Below, piece after piece: positions 24,786-32,000 of a stretch of DNA of 32,000 bases. A program made the position numbers and the translations under genes. The notes under the pieces were generated by a model, which saw only the letters and a program-made list of their open reading frames with translations, was not told the DNA's origin and did not search any database. The DNA lies in contig NZ_LT934425.1 of assembly GCF_900232105.1 (NCBI RefSeq), positions 1,410,001-1,442,000 of the forward strand, in the 5' to 3' direction. Source of the stretch: Candidatus Kuenenia stuttgartensis (GTDB taxonomy: Bacteria; Planctomycetota; Brocadiia; Brocadiales; Brocadiaceae). Numbering within the stretch: the stretch's first letter is position 1; each line of letters opens with the position of its first letter.

Positions 24786-24866
24786 TATTGTGAGGGGCTA
24801 GGAACGGGTTTGTTAATTAGCAGTTTCCAGACGCATGTAATGCGTCTCTGCAAAGATGGGGGGTTC

Positions 24867-27050
24867 TCAGAACATTGGATCCATGGATAAGGCAGGGTGG
24901 TTTATTTTTTGCATATATTCCACTACTTCTTCTTCCGTCTGGGCTACAGTCTCATCGGCTATTTTATCCAGAAAATTCTCCAAATCCATTTCTTTTGACG
25001 CCTTTTCAAGCTGTTCCGAAAGTTCTTCTTTTAATGCCTTCGGCATCCACACTACCCTTGCCAAACCCCCGTCGGCGGAAATAAACTTTTTGCTTCCCAA
25101 ATAAAATTTGCTGTGCCCCATAAACCCCGGAGTTTGGAGACCACCGCCTACAGTGCCTGCCATTGTGGAAAACTTCATGCCGCTTGGGGTCATTTCCGTA
25201 AAATCACGGTCTACCACCATAATCCCATTTGCCATGGGCAGCATTGCAGAAATACATTCGAAGCATCCGCAGCTTGTCATAGGATCAGTCATAATGCTGT
25301 ATAAACTGACCTTTTCCAGCGCCCGATTAGAACTGCTATATAAAAATTCGTTTGTGCCGTCCCACTGACCCAGTCTGTCGTCAATCACCTTTCTTTTTTC
25401 TATGGGCTGGTTGGGACCTGTTGGGTTTATTTCATAACCCGCTTTCCCGTCAAGCCAGCTCACGGAACCGCACAAACCAGACCGTTCAGGGGTAACAATA
25501 CAGACATGTGATGGCGCAAAACTCTGGCAAAGCGTACAACTGTAAAAGAGATTTACAGAATCATCCGTCATATCCCCTAACCGCGCATCACGCTCTGCAA
25601 ATGCGGCGCGTACCTCTTTTAATTTCCCTTCCACGTCTTCTTTTTTTGTATACAGGGTTACCTGTACCTTATCAATAATGGCACCAAATTCTCCGTGAAA
25701 TTTAGCATGAATGATTTTCCCGATATGTTTCAGCCGCAAACCGGCCTTAAATGCGTCTTTGCTTATACGGTGCCGAATAATATCCCTCTGTCCCATATGG
25801 AAAATACCCTGCGCCTCACCAAGAAAACGATGCATCTGACGTTCAAAAATGGGTTCAAAATCAGGTTGCATCTTTCTGCCTGTAACCTCTGCAACAATAC
25901 CGATAGATACGCCTGGCCCTTGTGGCATATCGTCGAGATCCGGCCCTATTACCTGTATTTTGCCGTCTTCCACTTCATCTGCTTCCTTTGTGCAAACAAA
26001 TTCAAAGGCGGGCACACCAGGTCCACCAATTTCTATCTGCATGTCATCTTTTCTGATGCGCTCCCCCTCGAAGGCCGGCCCGTATGCTACCGGAATATCG
26101 ACCTTGTGGATGGAAATCTTAAGCCCTCGCACCTCGATGCATCTATCCACAATTTTATCAACAGGCACCCTTGATACTACGTGTTCATAGGTGCAGACTC
26201 CCGTAGGCAAAATTTCAGGTATGTCAATATTGGTGATGGTCGGGAAGCCATAGTTGATAGCCCCGGCGGCATTTGCATATTGTTCATCGGTCACTGCAGT
26301 TCCCAGCGCCAGAACAAAGGCAAAAATGCGGTTTTTATTATAAAGGAGATTCCTGCGCGCCTCACCCGGAGGTACGTTTCCGAATGAAAGGGCTGCCCTG
26401 TTTGCAAATCCCAGCGAATACACGGCAGCGGATGTTTCTTTTCCAAAAGGCACCAGACGTGTGTCCCATCCCATTTGTACCCCTTTTTCTTCCAGTTGTT
26501 CGGCAAACGAAATTCCTAAATTGTCCGATTGCATGAATACATACAGATTCTTTTCCTGAAGTTCCCTTGCGATTTTCACTGCGGTATCGGCGTCGGGAGC
26601 GCAGCCTACAATTGCGGCAAATCCAGGCGCAGTGCCGTCCACAAACTCAATTCCTCTTTCACGCATAATAATATCGTCCGCGGCGCCCAGCCAAATTCCA
26701 TCAACAGGCGGAGGCCCTATCAGGTATTTGCAAACCTCGTAGACTTCTTCAGCAAAGAGAGTCGCCATGCCGGCATCCAGCGTATGTCCCAAATAAGGAA
26801 CCCAGTGTTTTTCCGCAGGCAGCGGAGGCAGCATGCTCCTTGCCATACCTATTATGTGAACACAATCTTCCAGTGTTTTAACGGGAATACCCGTCATGGC
26901 ATATATGATAGGCAGATAATACGCGGTATTAGGAAATTCGACTTTACAATCTCTCCCTTTTTGTTCAATTGCTTCGGTAAGTTTTTTATCCGCCTTATCC
27001 ACGATCTGATATGCTCCGCGTATTGCGGCAGAACAAATTATCTTTGACAT
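24867..27050 (-). CDS. acsB: Acetyl-CoA synthase (A-cluster subunit) AcsB
   Basis: 727 aa; bacterial ACS-type sequence including the CGCFEC region; adjacent to acsA. Confidence 0.95.
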   Translation of the reverse strand: MSKIICSAAIRGAYQIVDKADKKLTEAIEQKGRDCKVEFPNTAYYLPIIYAMTGIPVKTLEDCVHIIGMARSMLPPLPAEKHWVPYLGHTLDAGMATLFAEEVYEVCKYLIGPPPVDGIWLGAADDIIMRERGIEFVDGTAPGFAAIVGCAPDADTAVKIARELQEKNLYVFMQSDNLGISFAEQLEEKGVQMGWDTRLVPFGKETSAAVYSLGFANRAALSFGNVPPGEARRNLLYNKNRIFAFVLALGTAVTDEQYANAAGAINYGFPTITNIDIPEILPTGVCTYEHVVSRVPVDKIVDRCIEVRGLKISIHKVDIPVAYGPAFEGERIRKDDMQIEIGGPGVPAFEFVCTKEADEVEDGKIQVIGPDLDDMPQGPGVSIGIVAEVTGRKMQPDFEPIFERQMHRFLGEAQGIFHMGQRDIIRHRISKDAFKAGLRLKHIGKIIHAKFHGEFGAIIDKVQVTLYTKKEDVEGKLKEVRAAFAERDARLGDMTDDSVNLFYSCTLCQSFAPSHVCIVTPERSGLCGSVSWLDGKAGYEINPTGPNQPIEKRKVIDDRLGQWDGTNEFLYSSSNRALEKVSLYSIMTDPMTSCGCFECISAMLPMANGIMVVDRDFTEMTPSGMKFSTMAGTVGGGLQTPGFMGHSKFYLGSKKFISADGGLARVVWMPKALKEELSEQLEKASKEMDLENFLDKIADETVAQTEEEVVEYMQKINHPALSMDPMF

Positions 27051-27079
27051 AGAACAACGCCCCTTTAATCCATTTTTTT

Positions 27080-29041
27080 TTAATGATGCCCGGCAGGTTT
27101 ACATTCCTGCTCCAACGCTCTTCGTTCCGCCATATCGTAAAGCTTCCTTTCTTTCTTTACGTTTATACCAAGAGCCTCTCTTTTCATTTCGATATGGTCC
27201 ATCAACATCTTGCCGATTTTCTTTATATCCTGCTGGAAATCCCATCTTGCGCCTACCTGTTCTTCCAATTCCTTTGTGAGCAGGTTCTGCAAGTCAGGCG
27301 CACCGGCAACCGGGGAATTCATACCAAATACAGTATAAATTCCGGAAGCTACCAAAAACTGCCCGATAGCGATAGCCTTTTCGCTCATCCACTCCAGACA
27401 TGCCCCTGCTACGGGGAGGTCGCTGATATCATTCCCCAGGCCGCCCTCTTTTGCCATTTCAGAACAGGCAATAAGAATGCGGCTGTTATCCACACAGGCG
27501 CCGGAATGCAGGACTGGTGGTATGCCGACCGCCTCGCAAACCTCTTTTAATCCCGCCCCGCACTGATCTTTTAATTCGGGGAGCATCAGACCGCCGGAGG
27601 CGCATTGTCCTGCTGCACAACCGGTTGCAACAACCAGGATATTGTTTGCAATGAGTTCCTTCGCCAAATCAACATACGATTGTGTGCATTCTCCGGCTTT
27701 CGGGCTTGTACAGCCTGCAATCCCAACAACGCCCCGGATCCTTCCGTTGATGATATTATCATTTAAAGGCCGGTAACTTGCCCTAAACCTTCCCCCAAGC
27801 ATATATTTAATTGTTTCATGGCTAAATCCTGCAATAAGGTTAGGTTCGGAAGCGTCCGGGATAAACACCTTTTTTTTATCACGATTTTTGTAATTACCGA
27901 TGGCCATAAGGATTATTTTTTTGGCGGACTCCAATGCATTTTCATCTTCAAATTCAACGTGTTCCGCACCGGAGATTTTTGCTTTGGATAATGTAGTGAC
28001 GAGCTTTGTGTGGAAATGTTTTGCCGTTTCCGCAAGCGCCTGCATTACGCATTGGATATCAACAACCATCACCTCCACAACCCCGGTTGCCATTGCCCCC
28101 TCCTGCATCGTCATGTGTCCCGCCATTGGGATGCCATGCCGAACAAGAAGCTCGTTTGCGGTACAACAGAGACCGGCAATCACAATGCCTTTTGCGCCCA
28201 CTGCCGCCACTGCTTTTTCGATATCGGGGCCAGTGGAAGCCATAACAATTGCTTCCGCAAGCTGAGGCTCGTGTCCGTGAACAACGATATTTACGTAATC
28301 CTTCTTCAACACGCCAAGGTTTGCTCTTCCCTGTACCGGCTTAGGAGTTCCAAACAGAATGTCCTGAAGTTCGGTGGCAATCATACTACCGCCCCAGCCA
28401 TCTGCAAGAGATACACGCATCGCCTGCTTTGTAAGATTCCTGTAATCCTGGTCTCCACCCATGCCGGTACGGTGCATGCTTTCTGTGACCTCCCGGTCAA
28501 TAGCCCTGGATGCAATTCCTAATTTTTCCCATATCTTTTGGCGTGCCGCAGGGGCACGTTTGAGAAACAAAAGCGTTCCGTAAGGTTTTCCGAACTCCAT
28601 TAATGCCATCTCTCCAACTTCTTCGGCAATTTCGTTTATTTCCCTGTCCTTGGTTTTAATATCAAAACACTCGGCAATCATTTTAAGTTTTTCTACATCT
28701 TTTATGCGGTAACCGGGGGCCTCGCCCCTTGCCGTTGCAACTAAAAGATGGGCAACCGCACGTCCATGATCAGAATGGCACGCAGTTCCCGCAGCACTCA
28801 TACGAAGGAAATGCCTTGCGGCAAAAGTATTTGCATCTGCACCGCAAATGCCTCTTTTAGGACCAGGGCCAAACGGATCTATATTGCATGGTCCGTAGTT
28901 GCAATGTCTGCAACATAGAGCAAGGCTTCCATAGCCGCATTGCGGCTGCTGAGCCTTGTATCTGTCATACATAGTCTCAATCTTCGATTCACGCATTTTA
29001 TCAAGCATTATTTGGTCTGTTGTCTTTTGTTTATCTTCCAT
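27080..29041 (-). CDS. acsA: Ni-Fe carbon monoxide dehydrogenase catalytic subunit AcsA/CooS
   Basis: 653 aa; N-terminal CGYGSLALCCRHCNYGPC cluster motifs; GGAGG Shine-Dalgarno. Confidence 0.95.
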   Translation of the reverse strand: MEDKQKTTDQIMLDKMRESKIETMYDRYKAQQPQCGYGSLALCCRHCNYGPCNIDPFGPGPKRGICGADANTFAARHFLRMSAAGTACHSDHGRAVAHLLVATARGEAPGYRIKDVEKLKMIAECFDIKTKDREINEIAEEVGEMALMEFGKPYGTLLFLKRAPAARQKIWEKLGIASRAIDREVTESMHRTGMGGDQDYRNLTKQAMRVSLADGWGGSMIATELQDILFGTPKPVQGRANLGVLKKDYVNIVVHGHEPQLAEAIVMASTGPDIEKAVAAVGAKGIVIAGLCCTANELLVRHGIPMAGHMTMQEGAMATGVVEVMVVDIQCVMQALAETAKHFHTKLVTTLSKAKISGAEHVEFEDENALESAKKIILMAIGNYKNRDKKKVFIPDASEPNLIAGFSHETIKYMLGGRFRASYRPLNDNIINGRIRGVVGIAGCTSPKAGECTQSYVDLAKELIANNILVVATGCAAGQCASGGLMLPELKDQCGAGLKEVCEAVGIPPVLHSGACVDNSRILIACSEMAKEGGLGNDISDLPVAGACLEWMSEKAIAIGQFLVASGIYTVFGMNSPVAGAPDLQNLLTKELEEQVGARWDFQQDIKKIGKMLMDHIEMKREALGINVKKERKLYDMAERRALEQECKPAGHH

Positions 29042-29081
29042 GACACATCCTCCAATATTTTATTTGTGAAAAATTACCGTC

Positions 29082-29134
29082 AGGCCCTAGTAAATGTATG
29101 CAAAGGGCCTAACTTCTCAACTTATTGAGAAGTT
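29082..29134 (-). other. Two adjacent stem-loops between cooC and acsA (AGGCCCT..AGGGCCT; AACTTCTCAA-CTTA-TTGAGAAGTT)
   Basis: Perfect 7-bp and 10-bp stems; only a weak downstream T run, so the terminator or processing role is uncertain. Confidence 0.35.
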
Positions 29135-29240
29135 GCCGAAGAAACGCCTACTATCTATTTCATCTCCCTGATAAAGAAGATAGAAACATTAATTATAATT
29201 GTTCATATATTGAAATCAAGTTAAAAGAACACTACTTTTT

Positions 29241-30014
29241 TTACTTCTCTTTAACAATCTCCTCTAACTTGTTTTTAATTTGGCAGATTTCTTCTAACAA
29301 TTTGTTGTTTTCCGCGAAAGCGGCTATTCCCTTAATATCAGATTCGAGTATTTTCTCATCATATGAAATAAACCCCAAAAGGGGAATACCATCAAGTCCA
29401 TTTTGAATGAAAGCCTTATGCTCTTCGGAAGCTACTTTATTACCCACCGCATAAACAGAGGTAAGACCGATATCTTCAGCCAGTTTTTTTACCTGAAACG
29501 CCGTTTGTATACTTTTAGAACCAGGTTCTACTATTACGATCAATACATCTACGGCTTTTACGGTGGCCCGCCCCAAATGTTCCACGCCTGCTTCCATATC
29601 TACAAGGACGACCTCGTCTCTTTGCACTATCAAATGGCTAAGCAGTGTTCTCAAAAACGCACTTTCCGGGCAGGCGCATCCGCTGCCACCATGCTTTATG
29701 GCGCCCAATACCATTAGCTTGATGCCCTCATGTTCCAGAGAAAGTTTTTCCGGTAAATCAGAAACAGTGGGGTTTAATTTAAAAAATTTACCATACTCAT
29801 CTGATGCGCCCGTACGTTCTTTTATCAAGTCCTTCATCTGGCTGATGGGGATTATTTCAGACCCCTTCATAAAACCAAGCGTCACCGCCAGGTTAGATAC
29901 CGGATCAGCATCAATGGCAATGACTTTCTTTCCGGCTTCTTTAAACACCTTCGCCAATGCCGCAACGAAAGTCGTTTTTCCCACCCCTCCCTTCCCTGAT
30001 ATCGCAATTTTCAT
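29241..30014 (-). CDS. cooC: CODH nickel-insertion accessory ATPase CooC
   Basis: 257 aa; ISGKGGVGKTT Walker A; CxC motif (GSGCACPES). Confidence 0.9.
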   Translation of the reverse strand: MKIAISGKGGVGKTTFVAALAKVFKEAGKKVIAIDADPVSNLAVTLGFMKGSEIIPISQMKDLIKERTGASDEYGKFFKLNPTVSDLPEKLSLEHEGIKLMVLGAIKHGGSGCACPESAFLRTLLSHLIVQRDEVVLVDMEAGVEHLGRATVKAVDVLIVIVEPGSKSIQTAFQVKKLAEDIGLTSVYAVGNKVASEEHKAFIQNGLDGIPLLGFISYDEKILESDIKGIAAFAENNKLLEEICQIKNKLEEIVKEK

Positions 30015-30253
30015 ATACCTTCCTCATACTCTGCGAAAATGGATCTTCATCAAAGAAACAAAGCCTCAGATACTGAATACCAAACGCACTAATATGCAAC
30101 AATTACATATTAGAAATCACTACAGCATTAATTTTAGCAAATTATCTGTTTAATTACCAAGCAAAATTACTGAAATAACCGCCGGGTTACTATTTATAGT
30201 TTAAGTTTTTTATAAATCTTTATTCTTCATAATACTTTCATGGAACATGACAA

Positions 30254-30760
30254 CTACTCCAGACCCAGCTTTGCCCTCAACCCCTGATCTTTCCTGGAAA
30301 CAGCATTAGAGAGTTGCTTTTTATACATAACTATTTTTTGCCTCAAAGCCGGATTCGCAACACTTAATATCTGTATTGCCAGTATTGCGGCGTTAATTGC
30401 CCCTGCCTTTCCAATACCCATGGTAGAAACGGGGACGCCAGATGGCATTTGTACGGTAGAAAGAAGCGAATCCAAACCTCCCAATTCTGGCGTTGGCATA
30501 GGAATTCCGATAACAGGAACAGGCGTCAGGCTGGCAATTACCCCTGCCAGATGTGCAGCCCCCCCCGCCCCAACAATGATTACTTCGTATTTTTTTTCGG
30601 CTTCCAAAGCATAAGAATGGGCACGTTCCGGTGAACGATGGGCAGATATGACATTTACATCGAAATCCAATCCAAATTCTCTTAACGTTTGTACAGCCTC
30701 TTTAATTATTGGCACGTCTGAATCACTACCCATTACTATACCAATCTTTTTCATTTTCAT
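30254..30760 (-). CDS. purE: N5-carboxyaminoimidazole ribonucleotide mutase PurE
   Basis: 168 aa; GSDSD and SAHRSPE motifs. Confidence 0.9.
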   Translation of the reverse strand: MKMKKIGIVMGSDSDVPIIKEAVQTLREFGLDFDVNVISAHRSPERAHSYALEAEKKYEVIIVGAGGAAHLAGVIASLTPVPVIGIPMPTPELGGLDSLLSTVQMPSGVPVSTMGIGKAGAINAAILAIQILSVANPALRQKIVMYKKQLSNAVSRKDQGLRAKLGLE

Positions 30761-30815
30761 AATTTATCCGCCCAAAAAACCGGTAAATCAATGTATTTGA
30801 ATACCCTCACCGTTT

Positions 30816-30848
30816 AACCCTGACAGGGTTCCAAACCCTGTCAGGGTT
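30816..30848. terminator. Strong hairpin AACCCTGACAGGGTT-CCA-AACCCTGTCAGGGTT downstream of fdhA (candidate terminator or mini-palindrome repeat)
   Basis: The 15-bp arms are perfectly complementary and each is self-palindromic; no clear U tract. Confidence 0.35.
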
Positions 30849-30926
30849 GTTTCATTCATATACTGGTGAAGCATATATACAATCGCTGCTATATCTCTGA
30901 AATAAAAATATAATCGTAGTGTTTGT

Positions 30927-32000
30927 TTACATTTTCTCTACCTTAACGGCACACACCTTATACTCCGGTGTAAGCGCAAGCATATCTTCTCCAGGCCCAG
31001 TTAACACATTCGTCGGTGTTTCAGGATAATGGAAGGACAGGAATACGCTTCCCAACCGGGATTTCTCCGTTAACTCCGTCTTTACTTCCAGCGAACCTCG
31101 CCTCGAAGATACTTTGACCTTCTCGCCTGATTTTATATCCAGTTTCGCCGCATCCGCCGGATGTATTTCCATAAACTCCTCAGAGTTTATGGCGCATATC
31201 TCCGGATTCCTCAAGGACATCGAACCATTATTATACTGATACAGCCGCCGACCGGTTGTCAGCAATAACGGATACTCCTCGTCCGGCAATTCTTCTGAAG
31301 GGGTATACATCAGGTCGTTAAACATCCCCCGCCCCCTTTTAAAGGTGTCTTTATGCAGTATCGGCGTTCCGGGATGATTCATGTCCCACACAGGCCACAC
31401 TAACCCGTCTCCCTCCAGACGCTTGTAATTAATACCCGCCATATCAGGCGTCAGCTTCGCTATCTCATCCATAATCTCACTCGGATGATTATAACTCATA
31501 GGGTATCCCATTGCCGTGGCGATTGAACAAATAATATCCCAGTCCGATTTCGTTCCCTCCGGCAACGGTATAGCCTTATGTAGCCTCCGTACTCTTCTCT
31601 CCGCATTGGTAAACGTACCATCCTTCTCAAAGTAACAACTCGTTGGCAATACCACATGCGCAAGTTTCGCCGTCTCTGTCATGAATAGCTCCTGCACTAC
31701 CAGAAATTCAAGCTTGCTTATTGATGCCCTTACCTTGTTTATATCCGCCTGTGATATCGCCGGGTCATAGCCTATTATATACATCGCCTTCAAATCCCCG
31801 GATTCTATCGCACGGTACATCTGCGGCTCTTTCAAACCGGGCTTCTCCGGAAGCTTCTTTACCTTCCATGCTTCAGCATGCTTACGGTTGGCTTCCGGAT
31901 CGTCCACCCTCTGGTAACATGCATATACGTCCGGCAATGCACCCATATCACACGACCCCTGTACGTTGTTCTGCCCACGCAGAGGGTTTATACCCGTATT
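30927..32000 (-). CDS. fdhA: Formate dehydrogenase alpha subunit (molybdopterin oxidoreductase), C-terminal part; the gene continues beyond the window
   Basis: The reading frame stays open to the window edge (NVQGSCDMGALPDVY...); molybdopterin-binding C-terminal domain. Confidence 0.85.
   Translation of the reverse strand, partial: NTGINPLRGQNNVQGSCDMGALPDVYACYQRVDDPEANRKHAEAWKVKKLPEKPGLKEPQMYRAIESGDLKAMYIIGYDPAISQADINKVRASISKLEFLVVQELFMTETAKLAHVVLPTSCYFEKDGTFTNAERRVRRLHKAIPLPEGTKSDWDIICSIATAMGYPMSYNHPSEIMDEIAKLTPDMAGINYKRLEGDGLVWPVWDMNHPGTPILHKDTFKRGRGMFNDLMYTPSEELPDEEYPLLLTTGRRLYQYNNGSMSLRNPEICAINSEEFMEIHPADAAKLDIKSGEKVKVSSRRGSLEVKTELTEKSRLGSVFLSFHYPETPTNVLTGPGEDMLALTPEYKVCAVKVEKM

Noticed and set aside
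7195-30153. Assorted ORFs antisense to trkH, trkA, the HEAT gene, acsC, acsB, acsA and cooC (for example 7195..7605, 11338..11991, 22162..22764, 26529..27047, 28010..28522, 29563..30153)
   Set aside because: Each is fully nested opposite a strongly supported gene with clear family motifs. These are typical shadow ORFs.
30761-30926. Purine riboswitch upstream of purE; a three-way junction could be drawn from CTTCACC...GGTGAGG plus two hairpins
   Set aside because: None of the conserved purine-riboswitch junction or loop nucleotides are present. The two hairpins pair perfectly with each other as one long stem, so this looks more like a repeat or terminator.

Overview
AT-rich bacterial window in which every credible gene is on the minus strand. 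From about 6.6 kb to 32 kb the content is core metabolism: tRNA-Val(UAC), trkH-trkA, a HEAT/TPR protein, a PfkB-family kinase, cheV, a 4HBT thioesterase, and a complete carbonyl-branch Wood-Ljungdahl cluster. As I recall it, the cluster follows the Moorella acs order: cooC-acsA-acsB-[clpP]-acsC-RACo-acsF-acsD-acsE. It is preceded by purE and the 3' part of fdhA, which runs off the right edge. This points to an anaerobic acetyl-CoA-pathway organism; I cannot name the taxon from sequence alone. The left 6.6 kb looks accessory. It holds a tandemly triplicated REP/RAYT unit (two intact RAYT genes and one stub, with REP arrays of 8, 4 and 2 copies). It also holds a four-gene tandem array of signal-peptide/coiled-coil/TM paralogs whose lengths differ only by whole heptads, a small hydrophobic ORF, and a RelE/ParE-type toxin-antitoxin pair next to the tRNA. 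The best candidate for an undescribed system is the paralog array, together with its in-frame 21-bp repeats and the variable heptanucleotide tracts upstream of each copy. Intergenic spacers are unusually long (200-730 bp) and are filled almost entirely with structured repeats. These include phased heptanucleotide blocks resembling cyanobacterial STRRs, large heptamer-built palindromes, a TIR-bounded MITE-like family, foldback elements sharing the REP stem, and GTAG...CTAC palindromes. clpP sits inside the acs cluster, bracketed by these repeats, and appears to carry Asn in place of the catalytic Asp. No CRISPR array, integrase, rRNA or recognisable riboswitch was seen.
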